From contig NC_043015.1 in the NCBI RefSeq assembly GCF_006345805.1, forward strand, positions 36,394,001 through 36,458,000: DNA of 64,000 nucleotides, given 5' to 3'. The first letter of the stretch is position 1, and every line of letters begins with the position of its first letter. The translations under genes were made by a program, and so were the position numbers. This DNA comes from Octopus sinensis (lineage: Eukaryota). Shown here in pieces: positions 37,301 to 50,727 of the stretch. Below the pieces are notes generated by a model, which saw only the letters and a list, made by a program, of their open reading frames with translations, was not told where the DNA came from and did no database searches.

Positions 37301-38864
37301 GTTCCTGCTAACTCTCTGTAAGCTGGTATCGTAGGAAGCGAAAATTGGCTGGATTAAATGAAATGATGTACGACTGAAAGATGGAGTTGGTCGGTGACTG
37401 ATATATTGCCTTACTAGGCTTTGCTTGTGCGTCGCTTGAATGTTCAAGGTATTGATTTACAGAAGAAATAGTGTTCTATCGAGAAATCTCTATCGAGGAA
37501 CATTACATTCGGAGACAGACAGACGTATATAACTTAATAGGAATAGATTCAGTGAGTCGAAGGATTTATCTCTAGGTTGTGAATTGGCGCTTACAGCAAT
37601 TTCGCTGTCTTTTACAGGTTACAGTCAATATCTACAGATAGTTACTGCAGGATGGAAAACATCCCAGAGGCATGCAATGCGATATATTCTGGAAGCACCA
37701 TATTGGTTTTCGATTGTAAGGCTGTTTACCTCAGCTGGTGAGATATTCGGCTTGTTTGTATTATATTTTGATGCATATGTTTATTGGTTAACACATGGGG
37801 CTGCACTGGATTTGAAGAACTTCTTGTCTGCTTATTGTGAATCCGATTTCTTAATAATATTTCAGAAATTACATTATTCAGACAATGCAAGTAATAACTC
37901 AAAAGATATAGATATGTGTCAACCGCCACAGCATCAAGCTGATAAACATGGTGAGTATTTGATGAACACATCCAATCATAAATATTGATATATTTATATT
38001 GACAATAAATCGGCCGGGGATAGAAGAAAAATTTGATTATATCAACAAACGTTATTGACTGGTGTATTTTATCGACTCCAAAATATGAAAAGAGGAACCA
38101 CCGGGATGCGAACACAAATTGATAAATGCAAAAAAGATCAAGCTATTCTCTCCTCCTTCCTAAGGATTCTACGACAACATAATAAAACAGTGACTTTATG
38201 TATCACATTACGTAACGCTATAATTGTGTCAGAGTAGTAAAAGCGAAGCATGATTAAATACCCAAACACTAAAAAATGCATTCACAACAAATACGTCGTC
38301 CTGAGGAAATGAGTGTCACGTGTTCGCCGTACTTATTGATACAAAATGCATTACAATTTCAACAGACTTTTCTAAACATAGAGGACACCTCTTCATCTCT
38401 TTATTGTGTGTGTTTTAGTTGCCGTGTCTCTCCAGTCTAGTGGAGAAAATAGACATGTTTTACTGACCCTCGAGGTCAGTAACCAATAATATTAGGAAAA
38501 ACCAAAAATGACCAGAACGTAAACATGACATCTGATATGGGAAAAGCAATAAATGAAACGTAATCTGTCAAAGTTGAGGTCAGCCATCTTTTAGGAAATG
38601 CGCGTTCACACGTAAATAGAAAAATGTAAATATAAATATGACAGGACAGAACAAACCCACATAAAAACGGAAGCGGAATATTAAGTAGACAATGAAATAT
38701 GGGGAAGACATTAAGACAAGAACACGTAGATGAAGGAGAAATGGAAAATATATATGAATGGATGGTAAGACGGAGGAAAAATAAGAAAAATAATCTGAAG
38801 GTAGAAGAAAAGAGAAAATCTAAGAAGTGAGAGAGTAGAAAGATATATGAGAAGCTCTAAGTAT

Positions 38865-38871
38865 CTATCTT

Positions 38872-38947
<76 letters not shown>

Positions 38948-38971
38948 CCTAACTACCTGTCTGTCTGCCTG

Positions 38972-39005
<34 letters not shown>

Positions 39006-39023
39006 ATCTAGCTATCTAACTAC

Positions 39024-39054
<31 letters not shown>

Positions 39055-39062
39055 TCTATCTA
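38865..39062. repeat. (TCTA)n/(TCTG)n tetranucleotide array
   Basis: Directly visible. Confidence 0.95.
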
Positions 39063-39155
39063 TCCAAATATCTCTATATATAATACACCCACACCCACAT
39101 ATATATATAACACATACATCAAAATAGACAAACAAATATATATATATATATATGT

Positions 39156-39206
<51 letters not shown>

Positions 39207-39399
39207 ATGTATAATTAGAAAATATTTCGGAGAGACGAAAATAGTAACTATGCTGAGAAATACGGTTTTCGCCACTTCAACATTACTGTTCCATAAGAAG
39301 CGACATTGCTACCTTTTTCTAACCCCAAGAGAACGCCTTCTCTAGCACTCAATATATATTGGTATCAGCCCCTACCATCTTCTATCGATTTGAAAAGAT

Positions 39400-39445
39400 C
39401 ACCAGACCGTGTGGTTTCGGACTATATTCCCCCTCCTCAGTGGTG
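39400..39445 (-). ncRNA. Canonical type I hammerhead ribozyme motif
   Basis: CACCA-CUGAGGA-GGG ggaauauag UCC-GAAA-CC acac GG-UC^UGGUG: full conserved core, G10.1-C11.1 pair and GUC site. Confidence 0.85.
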
Positions 39446-40103
39446 GACTCCTGACCGGTAAAAAATAGCAGTAAAAATAACTAAAGATGGCTCACTTCGT
39501 ACGGAACAACCGGTTTCAAAATTAGAGCCCACAATGGCTACCTGTTTCTCTTCAGCAAAAGTCTGTTAGGTAACTAATACTAAAAGTTACCCCCACCATG
39601 CCCGCGAACGTTCGTTTGCGGTGACCAAATACTATTTGAAAAAACGAAATGAGTGAAATTATTTCAGACAACACGTTGATTGATTTACACTGGTAGAACG
39701 TCCAATTTAGGAATGTATAATATTAAGATGTACATATGTGTGCACGTGTGTATGTATTTATGAATGGGTGTCTGAGTGTATGTCTGTGTTTGTATCTCTG
39801 TGTGTATGTTACTGTATGTGTGTGTTTATAAGAAATTACATAAAATATACCCTTTCATATATATGTCTCTATGTATTTGTCAATTTATATATAACATGCT
39901 TATATAAAACATTCAGTATATATATATATATTAATTTAAATAATTTTTTAAAATTTTAACTTTAATTTAAATATTTGAATTGAATTTTTATATTTTATAT
40001 TTTTGATATATTTTTTAATTAATTTTATTTCTATGTATTGGCTTATGATTTTCACTGTTCGATTTGCCTAGTAGTGTTTTTATCTCTAATTTAATATAAT
40101 ATA

Positions 40104-40158
<55 letters not shown>

Positions 40159-40371
40159 ATAAATGAATATATATAAATGAATATATATAATATATATGAA
40201 AAGTGTATGAACAACTTAGGGGAACCCAATGGCATGACATTTATCCTAGATAATATGTTTAATGGTACCAATCTCCGCTTCCAGAGAAACGAAACAGACA
40301 CTTAGCAGCAAACACACAAATGCAGTAATATATACATACATATATACATACATACATACATACATACATAC

Positions 40372-40449
<78 letters not shown>

Positions 40450-40889
40450 CACTCAAAATACTTGTAGAATCCTGAAATTTTGAGTACGAACTGATGTATT
40501 TTCGCAAGACCATTTTCCAAATAGAATCTCATTACTTACTGTTTAAATGAATTTCTCAATCTCAGTCTATCATTCTCTATTTTTCTGTATATATGTGTAC
40601 ATACAGAATGAGAGAAAGAGAGAGAGAGAAAGAAAGAGGGGAGGGAGAGACATAGATAGGTATACTTATGCATGCAAGCATATATTTACATATCTATATA
40701 TGCATATATATATTCTGAGATACGAGTTTGTGAATGTGTATAGTAATTTATGTGTATACATAATGCAGTGTGTTTGCTCAAACGCATACACACGCGCACG
40801 TATGAACGAACCAACGCACACCTACGCATACCAACATGCGTTCATGTGCACGCAGCAGCATATGGATGTGTGTGCGTTTGTAATCAGAG

Positions 40890-41460
40890 AGAAATAAAGA
40901 AAGAAGAAAAGAAACAAAGAAAGAATGAAAGAAAGAAAGAACGAAATAAATAAATAAACAAACAATGAAGGAAACAAAGAAAGAAAGACTGAAAGACTGA
41001 AAGACTTAAAGAACAAAGAAACAAAGAATGAAAGAAAGAATGAAAGAAAGAAGAAAAGAAACAAAGAAAGAATGAAAGAAAGAAAGAACGAAATAAATAA
41101 ATAAACAAACAATGAAGGAAACAAAGAAAGAAAGACTGAAAGACTGAAAGACTTAAAGAAACAAAGAAACAAAGAATGAAAGAAAGAATGAAAGAAAGAA
41201 AGAAAGAAACAAAGAAACAAATAATAAAAGAAGCAAAGAAAAAAACGAAAGAAACAAAGAGACAAACAAAGAATGAAAGAAAAAAAGAAAGAAAGAACGA
41301 AAGAAAGAAAGAAACAATAAATGAAAGAAAGAAAGAACGAAAGAAAGAAACAAACAAAGAATGAAAGAAAGAAAGAAACGAACAAATAATAAACATGGAA
41401 GAACGAAAGAAAGAAAGAATAAAAGAAAGAAAGAAAGAAAGAAAGAAAGGAAAGAAGGAA
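40890..41460. repeat. Degenerate (GAAA)n array containing a 147-bp tandem duplication
   Basis: ACGAAATAAATAAATAAACAAACAATGAAGG occurs at 40941 and 41088. Confidence 0.9.
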
Positions 41461-41900
41461 GTGTGGAACGCGTAGGAGAGAAGAGAGTAAAGGAATGTGT
41501 TGGGTAATGATTGTCCCTTACATTTATGAAGGAAATCATTCACAATATTTGATTCTCTCTTTTACAATATTTATATTCACAAAATAACCGTTTATTTCTT
41601 TTACAGCTTCAACGAAAAAATCATATATATATATGGTGCCATATTTATTTCGTGTATGTATGTGATAAATCTGATTGTTTATATATATATGTGTGTTTAT
41701 TTGTGTGTGTGTATGTGTGTGTGTTCTTGTATGTATGTGTAGGTAGTTGTTACCTATTAAGCTAAGCTGACCTTTGTGTTACGTTTTATAGATGCCATTT
41801 CTTACAAATCAAAGGAAGAAAAAACACGGGCGCTTATATATATATATATGCGTGTGAGAAAGAGTTTGTGTGTGTTTATCTATATATTTATATAGGTCTG

Positions 41901-41950
<50 letters not shown>

Positions 41951-42054
41951 TATATGTATATGCGTATGCATGCATATATACATAACTATATAGCTTATAT
42001 ATGCTTATAGATATTTGGATAAATATTATAGATACACACATATATACACACGTG

Positions 42055-42094
<40 letters not shown>

Positions 42095-42238
42095 TATATA
42101 TAGGTATAATATATATGAAGGTATAATGCATATAAATTATATATATTATATATATATATATATGGTATGTATAATGTACATATTTCATAAATTATACATA
42201 CATATTTATGCATAATATATATATTATATATATGTGTA

Positions 42239-42270
<32 letters not shown>

Positions 42271-43150
42271 TATTTATTTATATATATATATATGCATATA
42301 CATACATATATATATTAATTCCTGTGCGTTGGGGTGTATATATATATTTGTTAGTGTTTGTAGGTGTTCATGGTTATGCGAGGGCTACATCACTTCCCAA
42401 ACAATTTCATATAAAATAACAAAATTGCGATAAAACATAACAATAATAATAATAATGATAATAATAATAAAAATAATCATTGCAAATGAAAAAAATAAGG
42501 AGGAAAAAACAAGAGAATGACTGTTTATAAAGTCGAATAAAGCACGGAAACACACTTCATGGTTTTTTTTTTTATACTTCTGCTGGTAGGAAAGATGGTG
42601 GGGAAGAAGAAAAAGAACAACAACAACTACCATTACTGCTACAGAGAGAAGAAGAAGGTGTCGGTTAAGACATTACGAGAAGGAATAACCATATATTAGA
42701 AAATAAGAAGCAACCTCTAATAGCAGAAATATAATGGAACGGCGACATAAAAATACCCAGTTTTATTCAATGGAGCAGAAAAGTGTTATGTCTGTGAATT
42801 TCCTAAACGATGGCCCTTCTGTAAATAGTTGATGAATAGTTATTTCTTTACCATTTTATATGTTGTAGATTCTCGTGGAAAATTCTAACAAGAAGGAGAG
42901 TAAACGATGCTAGCTACACACACACATATATATATGTATGTATGTATTATGTATATTGAGTGACGTGCCACTAACTGAACATTATTATTATATTATTATA
43001 GTATTATAGTGTGGTATTATGATATGGTTAGTGGTGTATAGGTTTAAAATGTCGTCTGTAATAGCATATTGATTCTGTGATTCTGTCTAGAGAATAATAT
43101 CACGATGTTATTGAGGGCGTTGTAATAATATGTATATGTACGTACGTGTG

Positions 43151-43185
<35 letters not shown>

Positions 43186-43290
43186 CGCGCGCACATATAT
43201 ATATAAAATGAGGGAGAGAGAAAATTGTCAGATGGATACATATAAATATGTATATGTATATATATATATATATAAATACATATATATATA

Positions 43291-43366
<76 letters not shown>

Positions 43367-44700
43367 GAAGAGAAAGAGTTTGAGGCATGGACATATATAT
43401 ATATGTATGCACTTAGATGTAAATACGCACCTTAACAAACGCAAATATATGTTTATGATATGGGTTAAAATAGTGGCACTCTGGGTGGGGTGATGTTAAC
43501 TCCCTTTGTCAGTCTTTCAAGGATATATACAAACGGTTGCGCACTCACATTAACGCCCCCCCCCCAAAAAAAAAGATATATACACGCATATACATACAAT
43601 GTTCACATACACACACAGTAATAAATACGAATATTTGTTTTTTATGTTCAGTAACATTAAAAATAATTTTACATTACTCTGAAAGTTTTATCTATTCATT
43701 CGTCGTGTCTAATTTTATTATTGTGAAAGAAGAATATAATTGACATCGGCTTCGACGTTCTGGGCCAACTAAACTATTGTTGGGTTTCGAGGCATTTCCT
43801 TGAGTATGTCCTGAGTATGTGGGTCTGAGTAATTAAGGTGGTACGTGGGTTGCGACAAAGAGGTGTTTTAGAGAAATTGTTATTGATTAATTTGGACTTA
43901 AATCATTGTTTAGAATGTATTCATGCAAGTAAAACTTCGTAAGCAAGTGTGTATGTTTAGGTGCGTTCGCTTCAGGTCATGGGATTGTTTTGTTTAGTGG
44001 CTTAGTAAAAGGACGTACGTAAGTAAAGACGATTTTTGATCAGTAGAAGTACCACTAGATTTAGTTATGCTTCGTTTTATTGAATTTACTCATTTGCTTT
44101 GTCAATGTAAACACCAAGAATTCATGGTTTAGTTAATTTTTTTATTTAATTCAATATTTGCGTCTGTCAAATTTTTGTAATGGGAATTTTTAAGGGTTCA
44201 GAGAAGAATGTAAGTAGGTGGCATGTTTTAGATGATCAATTTATTCACTTGTTATTTAAAGGGACTTCTTGGTAGTTTCTGGAATATGGGACTGATTAGT
44301 AGGAAGTGACATGATATTTTGGGCGCGAAAACTTTATTTATGTTGTACTTTGATGTTCGCAAAACAATGTAGTTAGGTGTGAAGTCTTTTGACCAGAATG
44401 TTTTTCTCTGGGGATTAATTGCTCTATTAGAAATCTGATTAACATGTAAAAATAAAAACCCGTGTGCTTACGGAGGTAGAATTTTGTAGGACATACGGTC
44501 AGAAATATTTCAAAGGAAAGTATTTTATATAATATTTTAAGCCTATGGTTATATGCGAAAGTAAGGTGTTATAAAAAGTGGGTACACCCATGTAGATCAA
44601 TTGGAATGAAACTAAAATTTTAAAATAAAGTGAGGAACAAAGAAAAGAAAAGGGTCTTCGCAATTGATGTCAAACTAATATCTATTTATTTCAGTATATG

Positions 44701-45058
44701 TACTTTTACTCTTTTGTTTCAGTCATTTGACTGCGGCCATGCTGGAGCACGGCCTTTAGTCGAGCAAATCGTCCCCAGGATTTCTTCTTTGGAAGCCTAG
44801 TACTTATTTTATCGGTCTTTTTTGTCGAACCACTATGTTACGGGGACGTAAACACAGCATCATCGGTTGTCAAGCGATGTTGGGGGGACAAACATACACA
44901 CACACACATATATATATATATATACACGCATATACGATGGGCTTCTTTCAGTGTCCGTCTACCAAATCTACTCACAAGGCTTTGGTCAGGCCGAAGCTAG
45001 AGTAGAAGACACTTGCCCAAGGTGCCACGCAGTGGGAATGCACCTGGAAACATGCGAC
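44701..45058. mobile_element. SINE family B (+, 44701-44900) followed by SINE family A (-, 44934-45058)
   Basis: CAGTCATTTGACTGCGGCCATGCTGGAGCAC head, followed by the reverse complement of the family A body. Confidence 0.8.
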
Positions 45059-45665
45059 TATGTGCATTTAAGTTATAAAGAAAAACCCCTTCGTGGGGAT
45101 CTTTGTTGGAAGTATAGAAACATTTAAATAATTTCTATTGTATTGGTTTAGGGTATATCCGTTGATTTTACTCTTCACGTATAATCCGGTATCAATAAAC
45201 TCCGCAAGAAACTTGAGAAACAAGAAGTGAATATGAAATGTTGCTTCTTGTAGTCTAGATACAATCGTGCAACACCACTCTCTGTGGTATGACGCCATTC
45301 GAACCTGCAGCCCGTGGTGTTTCAGCCGGTCTTGTATCAATATGCATGTATGCTTACAGATAGATGTGTTCCCTATTGCCTGCGTGTGTGCGTGTCTATC
45401 TCTATGAAACGAAATGCAGGAAAAAAAGGAGATTAGAACGAGAAAGATTTACATGTTTTGCTTTTATCCACGGGGATTTGTTAAAGCAACAATACGGTCA
45501 GCGTATTAACTACTAATCACACCAACATCTTTAATCTCTGATATAAATACTAAAATTACATTGGAAACCCGCCACTCAGTTGTACACATACGCAGCAATA
45601 CTGGACTATGGCCATACATAAATTTGTGATACACTATTTCATCTTATTTCATACTTATATCGCAA

Positions 45666-45870
45666 TTATGTACGTACGTACGTATGTATATATGTATGTA
45701 TGTATGTATGTATATATGCATGCATGTATTTAAGTATGTATGTATGTATGTATGCATGTATGTATTTATGCATGCATGTATGTATGTATGCATGTATGTA
45801 TGTATGTATGCATGTATGTATGTATGTATGTATGTATGTATGTGTGTATTTGTGTATGTATGTAAGTATG
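45666..45870. repeat. (TATG)n array
   Basis: Directly visible. Confidence 0.95.
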
Positions 45871-46376
45871 TATTTATAAGTGGAGCACATTTATTTCGGG
45901 TTTTCTTCCTTCGTAGTTGCCGAGAAACAGAACGAGATATGGAAGATAATGCACTTTTGAAATATGTTTGGAAGCAAATAAGGTATTATCTTATTTAGAT
46001 ATTTTCTGACCTACAAAATAATCTAGCTTTTTTTTTTTACTGTATTCAAGAAATAAATCACGCAAAGAATACAAACAACGTAGAATTTCTTTCTTTTTTT
46101 TATCCGTATAAAACTATGTTAGTTGCATGAATGCACCGAACTGATGCCTTTCAGACGCAATAATCCAGCGTTTTAATCATATTTTTCTAAAAACGATGCA
46201 TTAAATGGCATTCAGCGGTCATTTTACGAATAGCTACGAATGTTGTAAGACGCTATATTTCAATAAAAACTATCGCTGATTTCGTAAAAGTAGCCGCCAT
46301 ATTAAGACTGAAATGTATTTGAAGCACTGTAAATCTTGTTCAGCAGACAACAAAGCTTACTTGATATATGTGTACG

Positions 46377-46377
<1 letters not shown>

Positions 46378-46459
<82 letters not shown>

Positions 46460-46462
46460 CTC

Positions 46463-46525
<63 letters not shown>

Positions 46526-46540
46526 GTCTATCTATCTACA
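46378..46540. repeat. (TCTA)n array
   Basis: Directly visible. Confidence 0.95.
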
Positions 46541-46554
46541 TCTCACTGCATCTT

Positions 46555-46589
<35 letters not shown>

Positions 46590-46780
46590 AACACACACAC
46601 TCTCTCTCTCTATATATATATGTAGAGTGAAAGAGAGATAGAGGGGGAAGAGATAATAGGTAAGATAATTATATATATAAATATATATGCATGTATGTAT
46701 TGTATGTATGTATGTATGTATAGAGAAAAATGGAGAGAGAGAAAGAGAATGTTGTTGAGATAATTATATATATATATTAT

Positions 46781-46945
46781 AGGCGCAGGAGTGGCTGTCT
46801 ACTAAGTAACTTGCTTTCCAACCACATGGTTCCGGGTTCAGTCCCAGTACGTGGCACCTTGGGCAAGTGTCTTCTACTATAGCCTCATGCCGAACAAAGC
46901 ATTGTGAGTGGATTTGGTAGACGGAAACTGAAAGAAACCCGTCGT
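46781..46945 (+). mobile_element. tRNA-derived SINE, family A (best-preserved copy)
   Basis: AGGCGCAGGAGTGGCTGT head, B-box-like GGGTTCAGTCCC, tail GAAACTGAAAGAAACCCGTCG ending in a TA-rich repeat. Confidence 0.85.
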
Positions 46946-46952
46946 ATATATG

Positions 46953-47001
<49 letters not shown>

Positions 47002-47665
47002 ATGTGTGTGTAAGTATGTGTGTGTGTGTTAGTGCGTGGGTATTTGTAGCCCCAACATATACATATATATATCACTAGGCACTCTGTCCGTGACGACGAC
47101 AAGTATTTCGATTGATTGAACGGAAAGGCCTGCCTGTGAAGCCATCTGAGCACTGCAGAGACACACGCACACTTTAAAGAGTAAAGTTTTCTCCGAGGAA
47201 GATTCAGCGTGACAGGCGGACCGTTTCAATTACAGGTACAATTCGTTTTCCCATTATGCAAACGTGCCCATACACACATACATATACACATACGTATACA
47301 CAGACACAATCGTGCACACAGGCACAATCCTGCACACATATACGTACGCATTTATATCTGAAACGTGTGTTCATAAAACTTGACAGAGTCTGTTCATAAA
47401 CTAATTGAATCCGTGACTTTATACTTGTTGCAGTGTCGTGGTTGATAGAAGAATGCAATCTGAATCTTTATCCATCTATTTATAAACACACACACGCACT
47501 CACACACACACTCACACACACATACACATATAGGTGCTCGCACGCATACACACATATGCATGTATATATGTATGCATATGTGTATGAATATGTATATATA
47601 TATATATATATACATATACATGTATATTTATACATACATGTACATATGCATATACTTACATACAC

Positions 47666-47698
<33 letters not shown>

Positions 47699-47904
47699 GC
47701 TATTCCCGCATATACATCTATGTGTGCGTGATGAATATGCGTGCTTGTGATTGATGAATGTATAGATTCCCATGAAATAATTATGTATATGATTCAACAT
47801 AGCTTGAAGTCTTAATAACAGGAAAGTGTAGCATGGTCAACGTGGCACACTTACACACGCCGCGCTACACGTGGTCCCGTGCGTCATTAATACCAAAGCC
47901 ACAT

Positions 47905-48800
47905 ACAGCTGTCTTCACACATTTACACCCAGTGGAGAAATATACACGTCAGAGAAGTAGAGACCGAATTAAATCAATGGTTGACACAAAGGTATTTATT
48001 GAACGTCGTTGGAAAAGCCAGTCGAGCTGTGAGTTGCAAGTTGGCGGCGAATGGTGGGGGTGGGGATGAGGTGGGGCAGAATTACTTTGATTATTGGCGC
48101 AATCACATGTTTTGCATCATGTCCGTCTTTTGTTACAATGTTGGCTTCAATCAGGTATTCATTTAAATGAGATATTTGAAAAGTTGTTCGATTGCAAATT
48201 CCATTAGCCTTATTTAAATGTCACAATGCCATTACAGCGTATTCCCTTTTGGAAGTCAAAGTCGGTGATGAAGGGAGAGAAATAATCTCTTCAAAGTCAC
48301 AACTCATCAGGATGTCCATTCGATAATTGTACAAAGTGTTTTCATCATGGCACCAATCAATGCTTTTGTAAATGGTTCTTTCTGCATGAAATATTTTCAT
48401 AATTTCTTCATTTATTGCAGCAACAAAGGAATTGGTATCGTGTTTACTTTCAGTTTTATGATTCTTTTCGTAATTGAAGACTTGGTTATAGTTATATTCA
48501 TGGTAGCAACTCTGCAGGCTTTCCATATTTTCGGAATTTCTTTCTTTGTATAAAGTACCTAGAAACGCCATTACTTTACTCCGAAATTGTAAATCATTTA
48601 GCAAAATGCGTAAACAACCTCATACAAAAGACTGAACTTTCATAGAGTGTCAACCTTTCAACTGAAATTTCAAGTTAAATTTGTTGTCAAGGCTGCAAAC
48701 ACATTCCTTTCTAAAAGAAATAGGAACATTGAAAATTGAATGATATTCCAAATGGTGTTTGCAAAACATTGTTTGGAAACCTACATCTAGAAGGGCGGCA
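47905..48800 (-). pseudogene. Helitron-type Pif1 helicase relic
   Basis: HSIFNVPI; AAINEEIM..IYKSID..LYNY; VMAL*HLNKANGICNRT..LIEANIVT; PF..RLAFPTTFNK. These match the Pif1 motifs HS.F.IP, L.LK.G..VM.LRN..NGLCNGT and RLAFAMTINK in order. Confidence 0.75.
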
Positions 48801-49699
48801 TTTGACTAATCCGAACATACTCTCTTCTATGCAATAAAAGTTCTATTGAAATGTGTTTCTGGGGACTTACTAAGATTATCGGCAATAATAATTGTTGGAA
48901 AGGGTGTTGTTACATAATATGGTCTCCATAACCATGCCACCATCTTGTTAACTCTCCTCGTTTAGCATTTCTATTTCCATGTTTTATCTGTTATTTTATA
49001 ATCGCTTCAGGTATTGGATTGATGGCATTCTGGTCACCAACCTGAAAGGTTTTTAGTTGAACGAATCAAACCCATAATTTTAAATCCTAGCATTTAATCT
49101 GTCGGTCTCTTAACTTCATTTCTGTTGTAGTTCGCTCTCGTTAATATTTAATGGTGATTAATATGTTTGTTTTAAATCTGATGAGGACAACGTATTGATA
49201 AGATAATGACAGGTTGTTGCCTTCGGAAGCAGGAAGCTTTTTTTTTTTACATATAAGAAGTGCAGACACATCGGGATCTCGAATATACAATTTTCATTTC
49301 CATTTTTATTTTTTTCATCCCCATATTTCTCATTCGCATTATACTTACACATATACGTACTCACGCACCCACGCTTATACGTTTATATACATACATGAAT
49401 ACATACATACATACATACATACATACATACATACATACATACATACATACATACATACATACATACATACATACATACATACATACTGACACACATGTAT
49501 AAACATATACATTTTTCTCTATGTATGTATGAAATATTTCAACTGCATCGCTTGCAGCGTAGAGTAATGCTTATTTATAATTATTAACATTGTTTCCTTT
49601 CTGAAAATACAATTGTTTATGCTGTCCCTTATGACACATCTATTAAACGGATTCGTAGATACGAAAGAATAGCAATAACTAAAGGAGAGAAAAATTGAC

Positions 49700-50200
49700 A
49701 TGAAGAAAACCAAATTGTGAAAGCCCCGAGGATCTTCTCCAAAGTGAAGCTGTCCAGGACTCTACTCACAGCTTCTCTCATATTCTCTTTCAGTTTCCGT
49801 AATAGCCAAATATTGCAGGTAGCAAGGTCTGGTTGCTCGTGGGGTCGGGGTAAGGTGAGGGACAGTTTTGATGCTCATCTCTGTCCAGTCGTTGAATGCC
49901 AGGGTAGAACTGGGGACTGGTGCATTGTTCCGCAGGTGGGTACTCTTGCTTTTTGCGAGGAGATCTTTTCTTCAGCTTTGACAAACTACTCGAGCCAGTG
50001 AGAAACTGGTTGATGTCCGAATAAGGAATCACCATGAACTACCCGGTGATCGTCATTCGCCTGAACTCTTGTGTCAGCAAAGCATAGATGCTCGGCTCAT
50101 ACTAGTTAGTTCGTAAGCAGTCTGGAACATTTTGTATGTTTCTGTAGGGTTTTTGCCTATTTTGACATAAAAATGCATCGCATAGCCAGAGTCCCGTTCC
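49700..50200 (-). pseudogene. Internally deleted mariner transposase relic
   Basis: FYVKIGKNPTETYKMFQTAY..MSRASM (N-terminus), NNAPV..EMSIKTVPH, DLATCNIWLLRKLKE..EAVSRVLDSFTLE..GAFT.W (C-terminus). Confidence 0.8.
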
Positions 50201-50604
50201 AACTGCTTTCTGCAAAACCAGTCAGCTGTGACAAAAAGTGTTTTGTGGTGGATGTTCCAGGTGTTGTTGCAAATGTCTCATTTTAATTTGGAATGCAAAA
50301 ATGCGCATCTCATCGTATTGGATGCATGGTAATGATAAACAAAATTTACGGTAAATAAATGCTTTTATTGAAAAATAGTTCAAAAGTCTGGAATGTACAT
50401 TGTACAATAAAAGATATATTAGCAAAAGAGCATCCACCCCACCCCCTTTTATGCTTTAACTTGCATCACTCATTAGATTACGGCCAAACTGGGGCACCAC
50501 TTTGAAGAAATTTAGTCGAATATATATTAGGTACGTATATTAGGTCTGGTACTTATATCAATCCCTTTGATAAATTACTGGGCATGAACACACACACACA
50601 CATA

Positions 50605-50727
50605 CAAGCTTGTACTTGGCCGGTGGCTATAGTAGAAGATACCCACATTGCAACGCAGTGGGACGGAACGCGGGACTGTGTGGTTTGGAAGGAAACATCG
50701 CACCACAACGCCACGCCAGCGCCTATC
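50605..50727 (-). mobile_element. Degenerate SINE family A
   Basis: GGCTATAGTAGAAGATAC..ACGCAGTGGGAC..TGTGGTTTGGAAG..CAGCGCCTAT, the reverse complement of family A. Confidence 0.65.

Noticed and set aside
40822-41543. 187-219-aa F/L/S-rich ORFs resembling membrane proteins
   Set aside because: Reverse translation of a degenerate (GAAA)n array.
43760-44500. Possible LINE RT relic on the minus strand (ILGVYID)
   Set aside because: Single weak motif with no collinear series.
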